Shown piece by piece: positions 1-12,493 of a stretch of 64,000 bases of DNA; positions within the stretch are counted from its first letter, which is position 1, and each line of letters begins with the position of its first letter. Both the position numbers and the translations under genes were made by a program. Origin of the DNA: Auanema rhodensis (taxonomy: Eukaryota > Animalia > Nematoda). The DNA lies in NCBI GenBank assembly GCA_964057225.1, contig CAXKVF010000078.1, positions 372,001 to 436,000 of the forward strand, read 5' to 3'. The notes beneath the pieces are model-generated. The model saw only the letters and a program-made list of their open reading frames with translations, made no database searches and was not told where the DNA came from.

Positions 1-1054
1 GAAATGGGGAATCTATTTTGAAAACCGCATCTCTTTATCTTTCACGTGAAGCGAGTTACATACCAAGTGCACATCATGTGTACACTTAATTAGCATAAAT
101 TGAAGTTCACGTAAATTTCAAAGTCATGGTTACCATTCACCAATATTAATAAAAATTTGTTTTTAGACTAATATGGACATAGGGAATCTGATTTTGAAAA
201 CCGCATCTCTTTATCTTTGACTTGAAGCGAGTTACATACCAAGTGCACATCATGTGTACACTTAATTAGCATAAATTGAAGTTCACGTAAATTTCAAAGT
301 CATGGTTACCATCCACCTATATCAACAAAAATGTGTTTTTAGACTAATATGGACATGCGGAATCTAATTTCGAAAAGCGCATCTCTTCATCTTTCACGTG
401 AAGCGAGTTACATACCAAGTGCACATCACGTGTACATTCAATTAGCATAAATTAAAGTTCACGTAAATTTCAAAGTCATGGTTACCATGCACCAATATCA
501 ATAAAAATTTGTTTTTAGACTAATATGGACATGGGGAATCTAATTTTGAAAACCGCATCTCTTTATCTTTTACGTGAAGCGACTTACATACCAAGTGCAC
601 ATCACGTGTACATTCAATTAGCATAAATTAAAGTTCACGTAAATTTCAAAGTCATGGTTACCATGCACCAATATCAATAAAAATTCGTTTTTAGACTAAT
701 ATGGACATGAGGAATCTAATTTTGAAAACCGCATCTCTTTATCTTTCACGTGAAGCGAGTTACATACCAAGTGCACATCACGTGTACACTTAATAAGCAT
801 AAATTAAAGTTCACGTAAATTTTAAAGTCAAGGTTGCCATGCACCAATATCAATAAAAATTTGTTTTTAGACTAATATGGAAATGGGGAATCTATTTTGA
901 AAACCGCATCTCTTTATCTTTCACGTGAAGCGAGTTACATACCAAGTGCATATCACGTGTACATTTAATTAGCATAAATTAAAGTTCACGTAAATTTCAA
1001 AGTCATGGTTACCATGCACCAATATCAATAAAAATTTGTTTTTAGACTAATATG
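1..1054. repeat. More diverged satellite monomers (first six copies)
   Basis: Monomers 1-3 carry about 5-11 differences from consensus (CATGTG, CACTT, ATTGAAG, TTGACTT, GCGG, TTCGAAAAG). The monomers at 1 and 880 share GAAATG plus a 1-bp deletion (TCTATTTTG). Confidence 0.85.
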
Positions 1055-2286
1055 GACATGGGGAATCTAATTTTGAGAACCGCATCTCTTCATCTTTTAC
1101 GTGAAGCGAGTTACATACCAAGTGCACATCAAGTGTACATTTAATTAGCATAAATTAAAGTTCACGTAAATTTCAAAGTCATGGTTACCATGCACCAATA
1201 TCAATAACAATTTGTTTTTAGACTAATATGGACATGGGGAATCTAATTTTGAAAACCGCATCTCTTTATCTTTCACGTGAAGCGAGTTACATACCAAGTG
1301 CACATCAAGTGTACATTTAATAAGCATAAATTAAAGTTCACGTAAATTTCAAAGTCATGGTTACCATGCACCAATATCAATAAAAATTTGTTTTTAGACT
1401 AATATGGACATGGGGAATCTAATTTTGAAAACCGCATTTCTTTATCTTTCACGTGAAGCGAGTTACATACCAAGTGCACATCACGTGTACATTTAATTAG
1501 CATAAATTAAAGTTCACGTAAATTTCAAAGTCATGGTTACCATGCACCAATATCAATAAAAATTTGTTTTTAGACTAATATGGATATGGGGAATCTAATT
1601 TTGAAAACCGCATCTCTTTATCTTTCACGTGAAGCGAGTTACATACCAAGTGCACATCACGTGTACATTTAATTAGCATAAATTAAAGTTCACGTAAATT
1701 TCAAAGTCATGGTTACCATGCACCAATATCAATAAAAATTTGTTTTTAGACTAATTTGGACATGGGGAATCTAATTTTGAAAACCGCATCTCTTTATCTT
1801 TCACGTGAAGCGAGTTACATACCAAGTGCACATCACGTGTACATTTAATTAACATAAATTAAAGTTCACGTAAATTTCAAAGTCGTGGTTACCATGCACC
1901 AATATCAATAAAAATTCGTTTTTAGACTAATATGGACATGGGGAATCTAACTTTGAAAACCGCATCTCTTTATCTTTCACGTGAAGCGAGTTACATACCA
2001 AGTGCACATCACGTGTACATTTAATTAGCATAAATTAAAGTTCACGTAAATTTCAAAGTCATGGTTACCATGCACCAATATCAATAAAAATTTGTTTTTA
2101 GACTAATATGGACATGGGGAATCTAATTTTGAAAACCGCATCTCTTTATCTTTCACGTGAAGCGAGTTACATACCAAGTGCACATCACGTGTACATTTAA
2201 TTAGCATAAATTAAAGTTCACGTAAATTTCAAAGTCATGGTTACCATGCACCAATATCAATAAAAATTTGTTTTTAGACTAATATG

Positions 2287-4398
2287 GACATGGGGAATCT
2301 AATTTTGAAAACCGCATCTCTTTATCTTTCACGTGAAGCGAGTTACATACCAAGTGCACATCACGTGTACATTTAATTAACATAAATTAAAGTTCACGTA
2401 AATTTCAAAGTCGTGGTTACCATGCACCAATATCAATAGAAATTCGTTTTTAGACTAATATGGACATGGGGAATCTAACTTTGAAAACCGCATCTCTTTA
2501 TCTTTCACGTGAAGCGAGTTACATACCAAGTGCACATCACGTGTACATTTAATTAGCATAAATTAAAGTTCACGTAAATTTCAAAGTCATGGTTACCATG
2601 CACCAATATCAATAAAAATTTGTTTTTAGACTAATATGGACATGGGGAATCTAATTTTGAAAACCGCATCTCTTTATCTTTCACGTGAAGCGAGTTACAT
2701 ACCAAGTGCACATCACGTGTACATTTAATTAGCATAAATTAAAGTTCACGTAAATTTCAAAGTCATGGTTACCATGCACCAATATCAATAAAAATTTGTT
2801 TTTAGACTAATATGGACATGGGGAATCTAATTTTGAGAACCGCATCTCTTCATCTTTTACGTGAAGCGAGTTACATACCAAGTGCACATCAAGTGTACAT
2901 TTAATTAGCATAAATTAAAGTTCACGTAAATTTCAAAGTCATGGTTACCATGCACCAATATCAATAACAATTTGTTTTTAGACTAATATGGACATGGGGA
3001 ATCTAATTTTGAAAACCGCATCTCTTTATCTTTCACGTGAAGCGAGTTACATACCAAGTGCACATCAAGTGTACATTTAATAAGCATAAATTAAAGTTCA
3101 CGTAAATTTCAAAGTCATGGTTACCATGCACCAATATCAATAAAAATTTGTTTTTAGACTAATATGGACATGGGGAATCTAATTTTGAAAACCGCATTTC
3201 TTTATCTTTCACGTGAAGCGAGTTACATACCAAGTGCACATCACGTGTACATTTAATTAGCATAAATTAAAGTTCACGTAAATTTCAAAGTCATGGTTAC
3301 CATGCACCAATATCAATAAAAATTTGTTTTTAGACTAATATGGACATGGGGAATCTAATTTTGAAAACCGCATCTCTTTATCTTTCACGTGAAGCGAGTT
3401 ACATACCAAGTGCACATCACGTGTACATTTAATTAACATAAATTAAAGTTCACGTAAATTTCAAAGTCGTGGTTACCATGCACCAATATCAATAGAAATT
3501 CGTTTTTAGACTAATATGGACATGGGGAATCTAACTTTGAAAACCGCATCTCTTTATCTTTCACGTGAAGCGAGTTACATACCAAGTGCACATCACGTGT
3601 ACATTTAATTAGCATAAATTAAAGTTCACGTAAATTTCAAAGTCATGGTTACCATGCACCAATATCAATAAAAATTTGTTTTTAGACTAATATGGACATG
3701 GGGAATCTAATTTTGAAAACCGCATCTCTTTATCTTTCACGTGAAGCGAGTTACATACCAAGTGCACATCACGTGTACATTTAATTAGCATAAATTAAAG
3801 TTCACGTAAATTTCAAAGTCATGGTTACCATGCACCAATATCAATAAAAATTTGTTTTTAGACTAATATGGACATGGGGAATCTAATTTTGAGAACCGCA
3901 TCTCTTCATCTTTTACGTGAAGCGAGTTACATACCAAGTGCACATCAAGTGTACATTTAATTAGCATAAATTAAAGTTCACGTAAATTTCAAAGTCATGG
4001 TTACCATGCACCAATATCAATAACAATTTGTTTTTAGACTAATATGGACATGGGGAATCTAATTTTGAAAACCGCATCTCTTTATCTTTCACGTGAAGCG
4101 AGTTACATACCAAGTGCACATCAAGTGTACATTTAATAAGCATAAATTAAAGTTCACGTAAATTTCAAAGTCATGGTTACCATGCACCAATATCAATAAA
4201 AATTTGTTTTTAGACTAATATGGACATGGGGAATCTAATTTTGAAAACCGCATTTCTTTATCTTTCACGTGAAGCGAGTTACATACCAAGTGCACATCAC
4301 GTGTACATTTAATTAGCATAAATTAAAGTTCACGTAAATTTCAAAGTCATGGTTACCATGCACCAATATCAATAAAAATTTGTTTTTAGACTAATATG
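2287..4398. repeat. 6-monomer HOR (1056 bp) x2, with partial earlier copies at 1055-2286
   Basis: The same ordered variants recur at +1056: ATTAAC+GTCGTGG+AATAGAAATTCG / AACTTT / consensus / GAGAAC+CTTCAT+TTTTACG+TCAAG+AATAACAA / TCAAG+TAATAAG / GCATTTC. Confidence 0.9.
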
Positions 4399-6861
4399 GA
4401 CATGGGGAATCTAATTTTGAAAACCGCATCTCTTTATCTTTCACGTGAAGCGAGTTACATACCAAGTGCACATCACGTGTACATTTAATTAGCATAAATT
4501 AAAGTTCACGTAAATTTCAAAGTCATGGTTACCATGCACCAATATCAATAACAATTTGTTTTTAGACTAATATGGACATGGGGAATCTAATTTTGAAAAC
4601 CGCATCTCTTTATCTTTCACGTGAAGCGAGTTACATACCAAGTGCACATCAAGTGTACATTTAATTAGCATAAATTAAAGTTCACGTAAATTTCAAAGTC
4701 ATGGTTACCATGCACCAATATCAATAAAAATTTGTTTTTAGACTAATATGGACAAGGGGAATCTAATTTTGAAAACCGCATCTCTTCATCTTTCACGTGA
4801 AGCGAGTTACATACCAAGTGCACATCAAGTGTACATTTAATTAGCATAAATTAAAGTTCACGTAAATTTCAAAGTCATGGTTACCATGCACCAATATCAA
4901 TAAAAATTTGTTTTTAGACTAATATGGACATGGGGAATCTAATTTTGAAAACCGCATTTCTTTATCTTTCACGTGAAGCGAGTTACATACCAAGTGCACA
5001 TCACGTGTACATTTAATTAGCATAAATTAAAGTTCACGTAAATTTCAAAGTCATGGTTACCATGCACCAATATCAATAAAAATTTGTTTTTAGACTAATA
5101 TGGACATGGGGAATCTAATTGTGAAAACCGCATCTCTTTATCTTTCACGTGAAGCGAGTTACATACCAAGTGCACATCACGTGTACATTTAATTAGCATA
5201 AATTAAAGTTCACGTAAATTTCAAAGTCATGGTTACCATGCACCAATATCAATAAAAATTTGTTTTTAGACTAATATGGACATGGGGAATCTAATTTTGA
5301 GAACCGCATCTCTTCATCTTTCACGTGAAGCGAGTTACATACCAAGTGCACATCAAGTGTACATTTAATTAGCATAAATTAAAGTTCACGTAAATTTCAA
5401 AGTCATGGTTACCATGCACCAATATCAATAAAAATTTGTTTTTAGACTAATATGGACATGGGGAATCTAATTTTGAAAACCGCATCTCTTTATCTTTCAC
5501 GTGAAGCGAGTTACATACCAAGTGCACATCACGTGTACATTTAATTAGCATAAATTAAAGTTCACGTAAATTTCAAAGTCATGGTTACCATGCACCAATA
5601 TCAATAAAAATTTGTTTTTAGACTAATATGGACATGGGGAATCTAATTTTGAAAACCGCATCTCTTTATCTTTCACGTGAAGCGAGTTACATACCAAGTG
5701 CACATCACGTGTACATTTAATTAGCATAAATTAAAGTTCACGTAAATTTCAAAGTCATGGTTACCATGAAGCAATATCAATAAAAATTTGTTTTTAGACT
5801 AATATGGACATGGGGAATCTAATTTTGAAAACCGCATCTCTTTATCTTTCACGTGAAGCGAGTTACATACCAAGTGCACATCACGTGTACATTTAATTAG
5901 CATAAATTAAAGTTCACGTAAATTTCAAAGTCATGGTTACCATGCACCAATATCAATAAAAATTTGTTTTTAGACTAATATGGACATGGGGAATCTAATT
6001 TTGAAAACCGCATCTCTTTATCTTTCACGTGAAGCGAGTTACATACCAAGTGCACATCACGTGTACATTTAATTAGCATAAATTAAAGTTCACGTAAATT
6101 TCAAAGTCATGGTTACCATGCACCAATATTAATAAAAATTTGTTTTTAGACTAATATGGACATGGGGAATCTAATTTTGAAAACCGCATCTCTTCATCTT
6201 TCACGTGAAGAGAGTTACATACCAAGTGCACATCAAGTGTACATTTAATTAGCATAAATTAAAGTTCACGTAAATTTCAAAGTCATGGTTACCATGCACC
6301 AATATCAATAGAAATTTGTTTTTAGACTAATATGGACATGGGGAATCTAATTTTGAAAACCGCATCTCTTTATCTTTCACGTGAAGCGAGTTACATACCA
6401 AGTGCACATCACGTGTACATTTAATTAGCATAAATTAAAGTTCACGTAAATTTCAAAGTCATGGTTACCATGCACCAATATCAATAAAAATTTGTTTTTA
6501 GACTAATATGGACATGGGGAATCTAATTTTGAAAACCGCATCTCTTTATCTTTCACGTGAAGCGAGTTACATACCAAGTGCACATCACGTGTACATTTAA
6601 TTAGCATAAATTAAAGTTCACGTAAATTTCAAAGTCATGGTTACCATGAACCAATATCAATAAAAATTTGTTTTAGACTAATATGGACATGGGGAATCTA
6701 ATTTTGAAAACCGCATCTCTTTATCTTTCACGTGAAGCGAGTTACATACCAAGTGCACATCACGTGTACATTTAATTAGCATAAATTAAAGTTCACGTAA
6801 ATTTCAAAGTCATGGTTACCATGCACCAATATCAATAAAAATTTGTTTTTAGACTAATATG

Positions 6862-9800
6862 GACATGGGGAATCTAATTTTGAGAACCGCATCTCTTCAT
6901 CTTTCACGTGAAGCGAGTTACATACCAAGTGCACATCAAGTGTACATTTAATTAGCATAAATTAAAGTTCACGTAAATTTCAAAGTCATGGTTACCATGC
7001 ACCAATATCAATAAAAATTTGTTTTTAGACTAATATGGACATGGGGAATCTAATTTTGAAAACCGCATCTCTTTATCTTTCACGTGAAGCGAGTTACATA
7101 CCAAGTGCACATCACGTGTACATTTAATTAGCATAAATTAAAGTTCACGTAAATTTCAAAGTCATGGTTACCATGCACCAATATCAATAAAAATTTGTTT
7201 TTAGACTAATATGGACATGGGGAATCTAATTTTGAAAACCGCATCTCTTTATCTTTCACGTGAAGCGAGTTACATACCAAGTGCACATCACGTGTACATT
7301 TAATTAGCATAAATTAAAGTTCACGTAAATTTCAAAGTCATGGTTACCATGAAGCAATATCAATAAAAATTTGTTTTTAGACTAATATGGACATGGGGAA
7401 TCTAATTTTGAAAACCGCATCTCTTTATCTTTCACGTGAAGCGAGTTACATACCAAGTGCACATCACGTGTACATTTAATTAGCATAAATTAAAGTTCAC
7501 GTAAATTTCAAAGTCATGGTTACCATGAACCAATATCAATAAAAATTTGTTTTTAGACTAATATGGACATGGGGAATCTAATTTTGAAAACCGCATCTCT
7601 TTATCTTTCACGTGAAGCGAGTTACATACCAAGTGCACATCAAGTGTACATTTAATTAGCATAAATTAAAGTTCACGTAAATTTCAAAGTCATGGTTACC
7701 ATGCACCAATATCAATAAAAATTTTTTTTTAGACTAATATGGACATGGGGAATCTAATTTTGAAAACCGCATCTCTTTATCTTTCACGTGAAGCGAGTTA
7801 CATACCAAGTGCACATCACGTGTACATTTAATTAGCATAAATTAAAGTTCACGTAAATTTCAAAATCATGGTTACCATGCACCAATATCAATAAAAATTT
7901 GTTTTTAGACTAATATGGACATGAGGAATCTAATTTTGAAAACCGCATCTCTTTATCTTTCACGTGAAGCGAGTTACATACCAAGTGCACATCACGTGTA
8001 CATTTAATTAGCATAAATTAAAGTTCACGTAAATTTCAAAGTCATGGTTACCATGCACCAATATCAATAAAAATTTGTTTTTAGACTAATATGGACATGG
8101 GGAATCTAATTTTGAAAACCGCATCTCTTTATCTTTCACGTGAAGCGAGTTACATACCAAGTGCACATCACGTGTACATTTAATTAGCATAAATTAAAGT
8201 TCACGTAAATTTCAAAGTCATGGTTACCATGAAGCAATATCAATAAAAATTTGTTTTTAGACTAATATGGACATGGGGAATCTAATTTTGAAAACCGCAT
8301 CTCTTTATCTTTCACGTGAAGCGAGTTACATACCAAGTGCACATCACGTGTACATTTAATTAGCATAAATTAAAGTTCACGTAAATTTCAAAGTCATGGT
8401 TACCATGAACCAATATCAATAAAAATTTGTTTTTAGACTAATATGGACATGGGGAATCTAATTTTGAAAACCGCATCTCTTTATCTTTCACGTGAAGCGA
8501 GTTACATACCAAGTGCACATCACGTGTACATTTAATTAGCATAAATTAAAGTTCACGTAAATTTCAAAGTCATGGTTACCATGAACCAATATCAATAAAA
8601 ATTTGTTTTTAGACTAATATGGACATGGGGAATCTAATTTTGAAAACCGCATCTCTTTATCTTTCACGTGAAGCGAGTTACATACCAAGTGCACATCACG
8701 TGTACATTTAATTAGCATAAATTAAAGTTCACGTAAATTTCAAAGTCGTGGTTACCATGCACCAATATCAATAAAAATTCGTTTTTAGACTAATATGGAC
8801 ATGGGGAATCTAACTTTGAAAACCGCATCTCTTTATCTTTCACGTGAAGCGAGTTACATACCAAGTGCACATCACGTGTACATTTAATTAGCATAAATTA
8901 AAGTTCACGTAAATTTCAAAGTCATGGTTACCATGCACCAATATCAATAAAAATTTGTTTTTAGACTAATATGGACATGGGGAATCTAATTTTGAGAACC
9001 GCATCTCTTCATCTTTCACGTGAAGCGAGTTACATACCAAGTGCACATCAAGTGTACATTTAATTAGCATAAATTAAAGTTCACGTAAATTTCAAAGTCA
9101 TGGTTACCATGCACCAATATCAATAAAAATTTGTTTTTAGACTAATATGGACATGGGGAATCTAATTTTGAAAACCGCATCTCTTTATCTTTCACGTGAA
9201 GCGAGTTACATACCAAGTGCACATCACGTGTACATTTAATTAGCATAAATTAAAGTTCACGTAAATTTCAAAGTCATGGTTACCATGCACCAATATCAAT
9301 AAAAATTTGTTTTTAGACTAATATGGACATGGGGAATCTAATTTTGAAAACCGCATCTCTTTATCTTTCACGTGAAGCGAGTTACATACCAAGTGCACAT
9401 CACGTGTACATTTAATTAGCATAAATTAAAGTTCACGTAAATTTCAAAGTCATGGTTACCATGAAGCAATATCAATAAAAATTTGTTTTTAGACTAATAT
9501 GGACATGGGGAATCTAATTTTGAAAACCGCATCTCTTTATCTTTCACGTGAAGCGAGTTACATACCAAGTGCACATCACGTGTACATTTAATTAGCATAA
9601 ATTAAAGTTCACGTAAATTTCAAAGTCATGGTTACCATGAACCAATATCAATAAAAATTTGTTTTTAGACTAATATGGACATGGGGAATCTAATTTTGAA
9701 AACCGCATCTCTTTATCTTTCACGTGAAGCGAGTTACATACCAAGTGCACATCAAGTGTACATTTAATTAGCATAAATTAAAGTTCACGTAAATTTCAAA

Positions 9801-10557
9801 GTCATGGTTACCATGCACCAATATCAATAAAAATTTTTTTTTAGACTAATATGGACATGGGGAATCTAATTTTGAAAACCGCATCTCTTTATCTTTCACG
9901 TGAAGCGAGTTACATACCAAGTGCACATCACGTGTACATTTAATTAGCATAAATTAAAGTTCACGTAAATTTCAAAATCATGGTTACCATGCACCAATAT
10001 CAATAAAAATTTGTTTTTAGACTAATATGGACATGAGGAATCTAATTTTGAAAACCGCATCTCTTTATCTTTCACGTGAAGCGAGTTACATACCAAGTGC
10101 ACATCACGTGTACATTTAATTAGCATAAATTAAAGTTCACGTAAATTTCAAAGTCATGGTTACCATGCACCAATATCAATAAAAATTTGTTTTTAGACTA
10201 ATATGGACATGGGGAATCTAATTTTGAAAACCGCATCTCTTTATCTTTCACGTGAAGCGAGTTACATACCAAGTGCACATCACGTGTACATTTAATTAGC
10301 ATAAATTAAAGTTCACGTAAATTTCAAAGTCATGGTTACCATGAAGCAATATCAATAAAAATTTGTTTTTAGACTAATATGGACATGGGGAATCTAATTT
10401 TGAAAACCGCATCTCTTCATCTTTCACGTGAAGCGAGTTACATACCAAGTGCACATCACGTGTACATTTAATTAGCATAAATTAAAGTTCACGTAAATTT
10501 CAAAGTCATGGTTACCATGAACCAATATCAATAAAAATTTGTTTTTAGACTAATATG
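6862..10557. repeat. About 9-monomer block repeated at a 12-monomer offset (2112 bp)
   Basis: The series GAGAAC+CTTCAT+TCAAG, consensus, GAAGC, GAACC, TCAAG+poly-T, CAAAATC, GAGG, GAAGC, GAACC starts at 6862 and again at 8974. Confidence 0.85.
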
Positions 10558-12493
10558 GACATGGGGAATCTAATTTTGAAAACCGCATCTCTTTATCTTT
10601 CACGTGAAGCGAGTTACATACCAAGTGCACATCACGTGTACATTTAATTAGCATAAATTAAAGTTCACGTAAATTTCAAAATCATGGTTACCATGCACCA
10701 ATATCAATAAAAATTTGTTTTTAGACTAATATGGACATGGGGAATCTAATTTTGAAAACCGCATCTCTTTATCTTTCACGTGAAGCGAGTTACATACCAA
10801 GTGCACATCACGTGTACATTTAATTAGCATAAATTAAAGTTCACGTAAATTTCAAAGTCATGGTTACCATGCACCAATATCAATAAAAATTTGTTTTTAG
10901 ACTAATATGGACATGAGGAATCTAATTTTGAAAACCGCATCTCTTTATCTTTCACGTGAAGCGAGTTACATACCAAGTGCACATCACGTGTACATTTAAT
11001 TAGCATAAATTAAAGTTCACGTAAATTTCAAAGTCATGGTTACCATGCACCAATATCAATAAAAATTTGTTTTTAGACTAATATGGACATGGGGAATCTA
11101 ATTTTGAAAACCGCATCTCTTTATCTTTCACGTGAAGCGAGTTACATACCAAGTGCACATCACGTGTACATTTAATTAGCATAAATTAAAGTTCACGTAA
11201 ATTTCAAAGTCATGGTTACCATGCACCAATATCAATAAAAATTTGTTTTTAGACTAATATGGACATGAGGAATCTAATTTTGAAAACCGCATCTCTTTAT
11301 CTTTCACGTGAAGCGAGTTACATACCAAGTGCACATCACGTGTACATTTAATTAGCATAAATTAAAGTTCACGTAAATTTCAAAGTCATGGTTACCATGC
11401 ACCAATATCAATAAAAATTTGTTTTTAGACTAATATGGACATGGGGAATCTAATTTTGAAAACCGCATCTCTTTATCTTTCACGTGAAGCGAGTTACATA
11501 CCAAGTGCACATCACGTGTACATTTAATTAGCATAAATTAAAGTTCACGTAAATTTCAAAGTCATGGTTACCATGCACCAATATCAATAAAAATTTGTTT
11601 TTAGACTAATATGGACATGGGGAATCTAATTTTGAAAACCGCATCTCTTTATCTTTCACGTGAAGCGAGTTACATACCAAGTGCACATCACGTGTACATT
11701 TAATTAGCATAAATTAAAGTTCACGTAAATTTCAAAGTCATGGTTACCATGAAGCAATATCAATAAAAATTTGTTTTTAGACTAATATGGACATGGGGAA
11801 TCTAATTTTGAAAACCGCATCTCTTTATCTTTCACGTGAAGCGAGTTACATACCAAGTGCACATCACGTGTACATTTAATTAGCATAAATTAAAGTTCAC
11901 GTAAATTTCAAAGTCATGGTTACCATGAACCAATATCAATAAAAATTTGTTTTTAGACTAATATGGACATGGGGAATCTAATTTTGAAAACCGCATCTCT
12001 TTATCTTTCACGTGAAGCGAGTTACATACCAAGTGCACATCACGTGTACATTTAATTAGCATAAATTAAAGTTCACGTAAATTTCAAAGTCATGGTTACC
12101 ATGCACCAATATCAATAAAAGTTTGTTTTTAGACTAATATGGACATGGGGAATCTAATTTTGAAAACCGCATCTCTTTATCTTTCACGTGAAGCGAGTTA
12201 CATACCAAGTGCACATCAAGTGTACATTTAATTAGCATAAATTAAAGTTCACGTAAATTTCAAAGTCATGGTTACCATGCACCAATATCAATAAAAATTT
12301 TTTTTTAGACTAATATGGACATGGGGAATCTAATTTTGAAAACCGCATCTCTTTATCTTTCACGTGAAGCGAGTTACATACCAAGTGCACATCACGTGTA
12401 CATTTAATTAGCATAAATTAAAGTTCACGTAAATTTCAAAATCATGGTTACCATGCACCAATATCAATAAAAATTTGTTTTTAGACTAATATG

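Noticed and set aside
2108-2200. 30-codon ORF in almost every monomer (MDMGNLILKTASLYLSREASYIPSAHHVYI*) with an AATAAA about 60 bp downstream
   Set aside because: The length is expected by chance and resembles no protein I recognise. The common variants inside it are mostly non-synonymous (G>R, N>D, K>R, Y>H, H>Q), giving no sign of coding constraint. Only Ribo-seq or proteomics could rescue it.
2184-2290. Budding-yeast point-centromere layout (CDEI ATCACGTG, 77-bp spacer, then TGTTTTT like the start of CDEIII)
   Set aside because: The spacer is only about 75% AT (CDEII exceeds 90%), the essential CDEIII TTCCGAA core is absent, and point centromeres are not tandemly arrayed.
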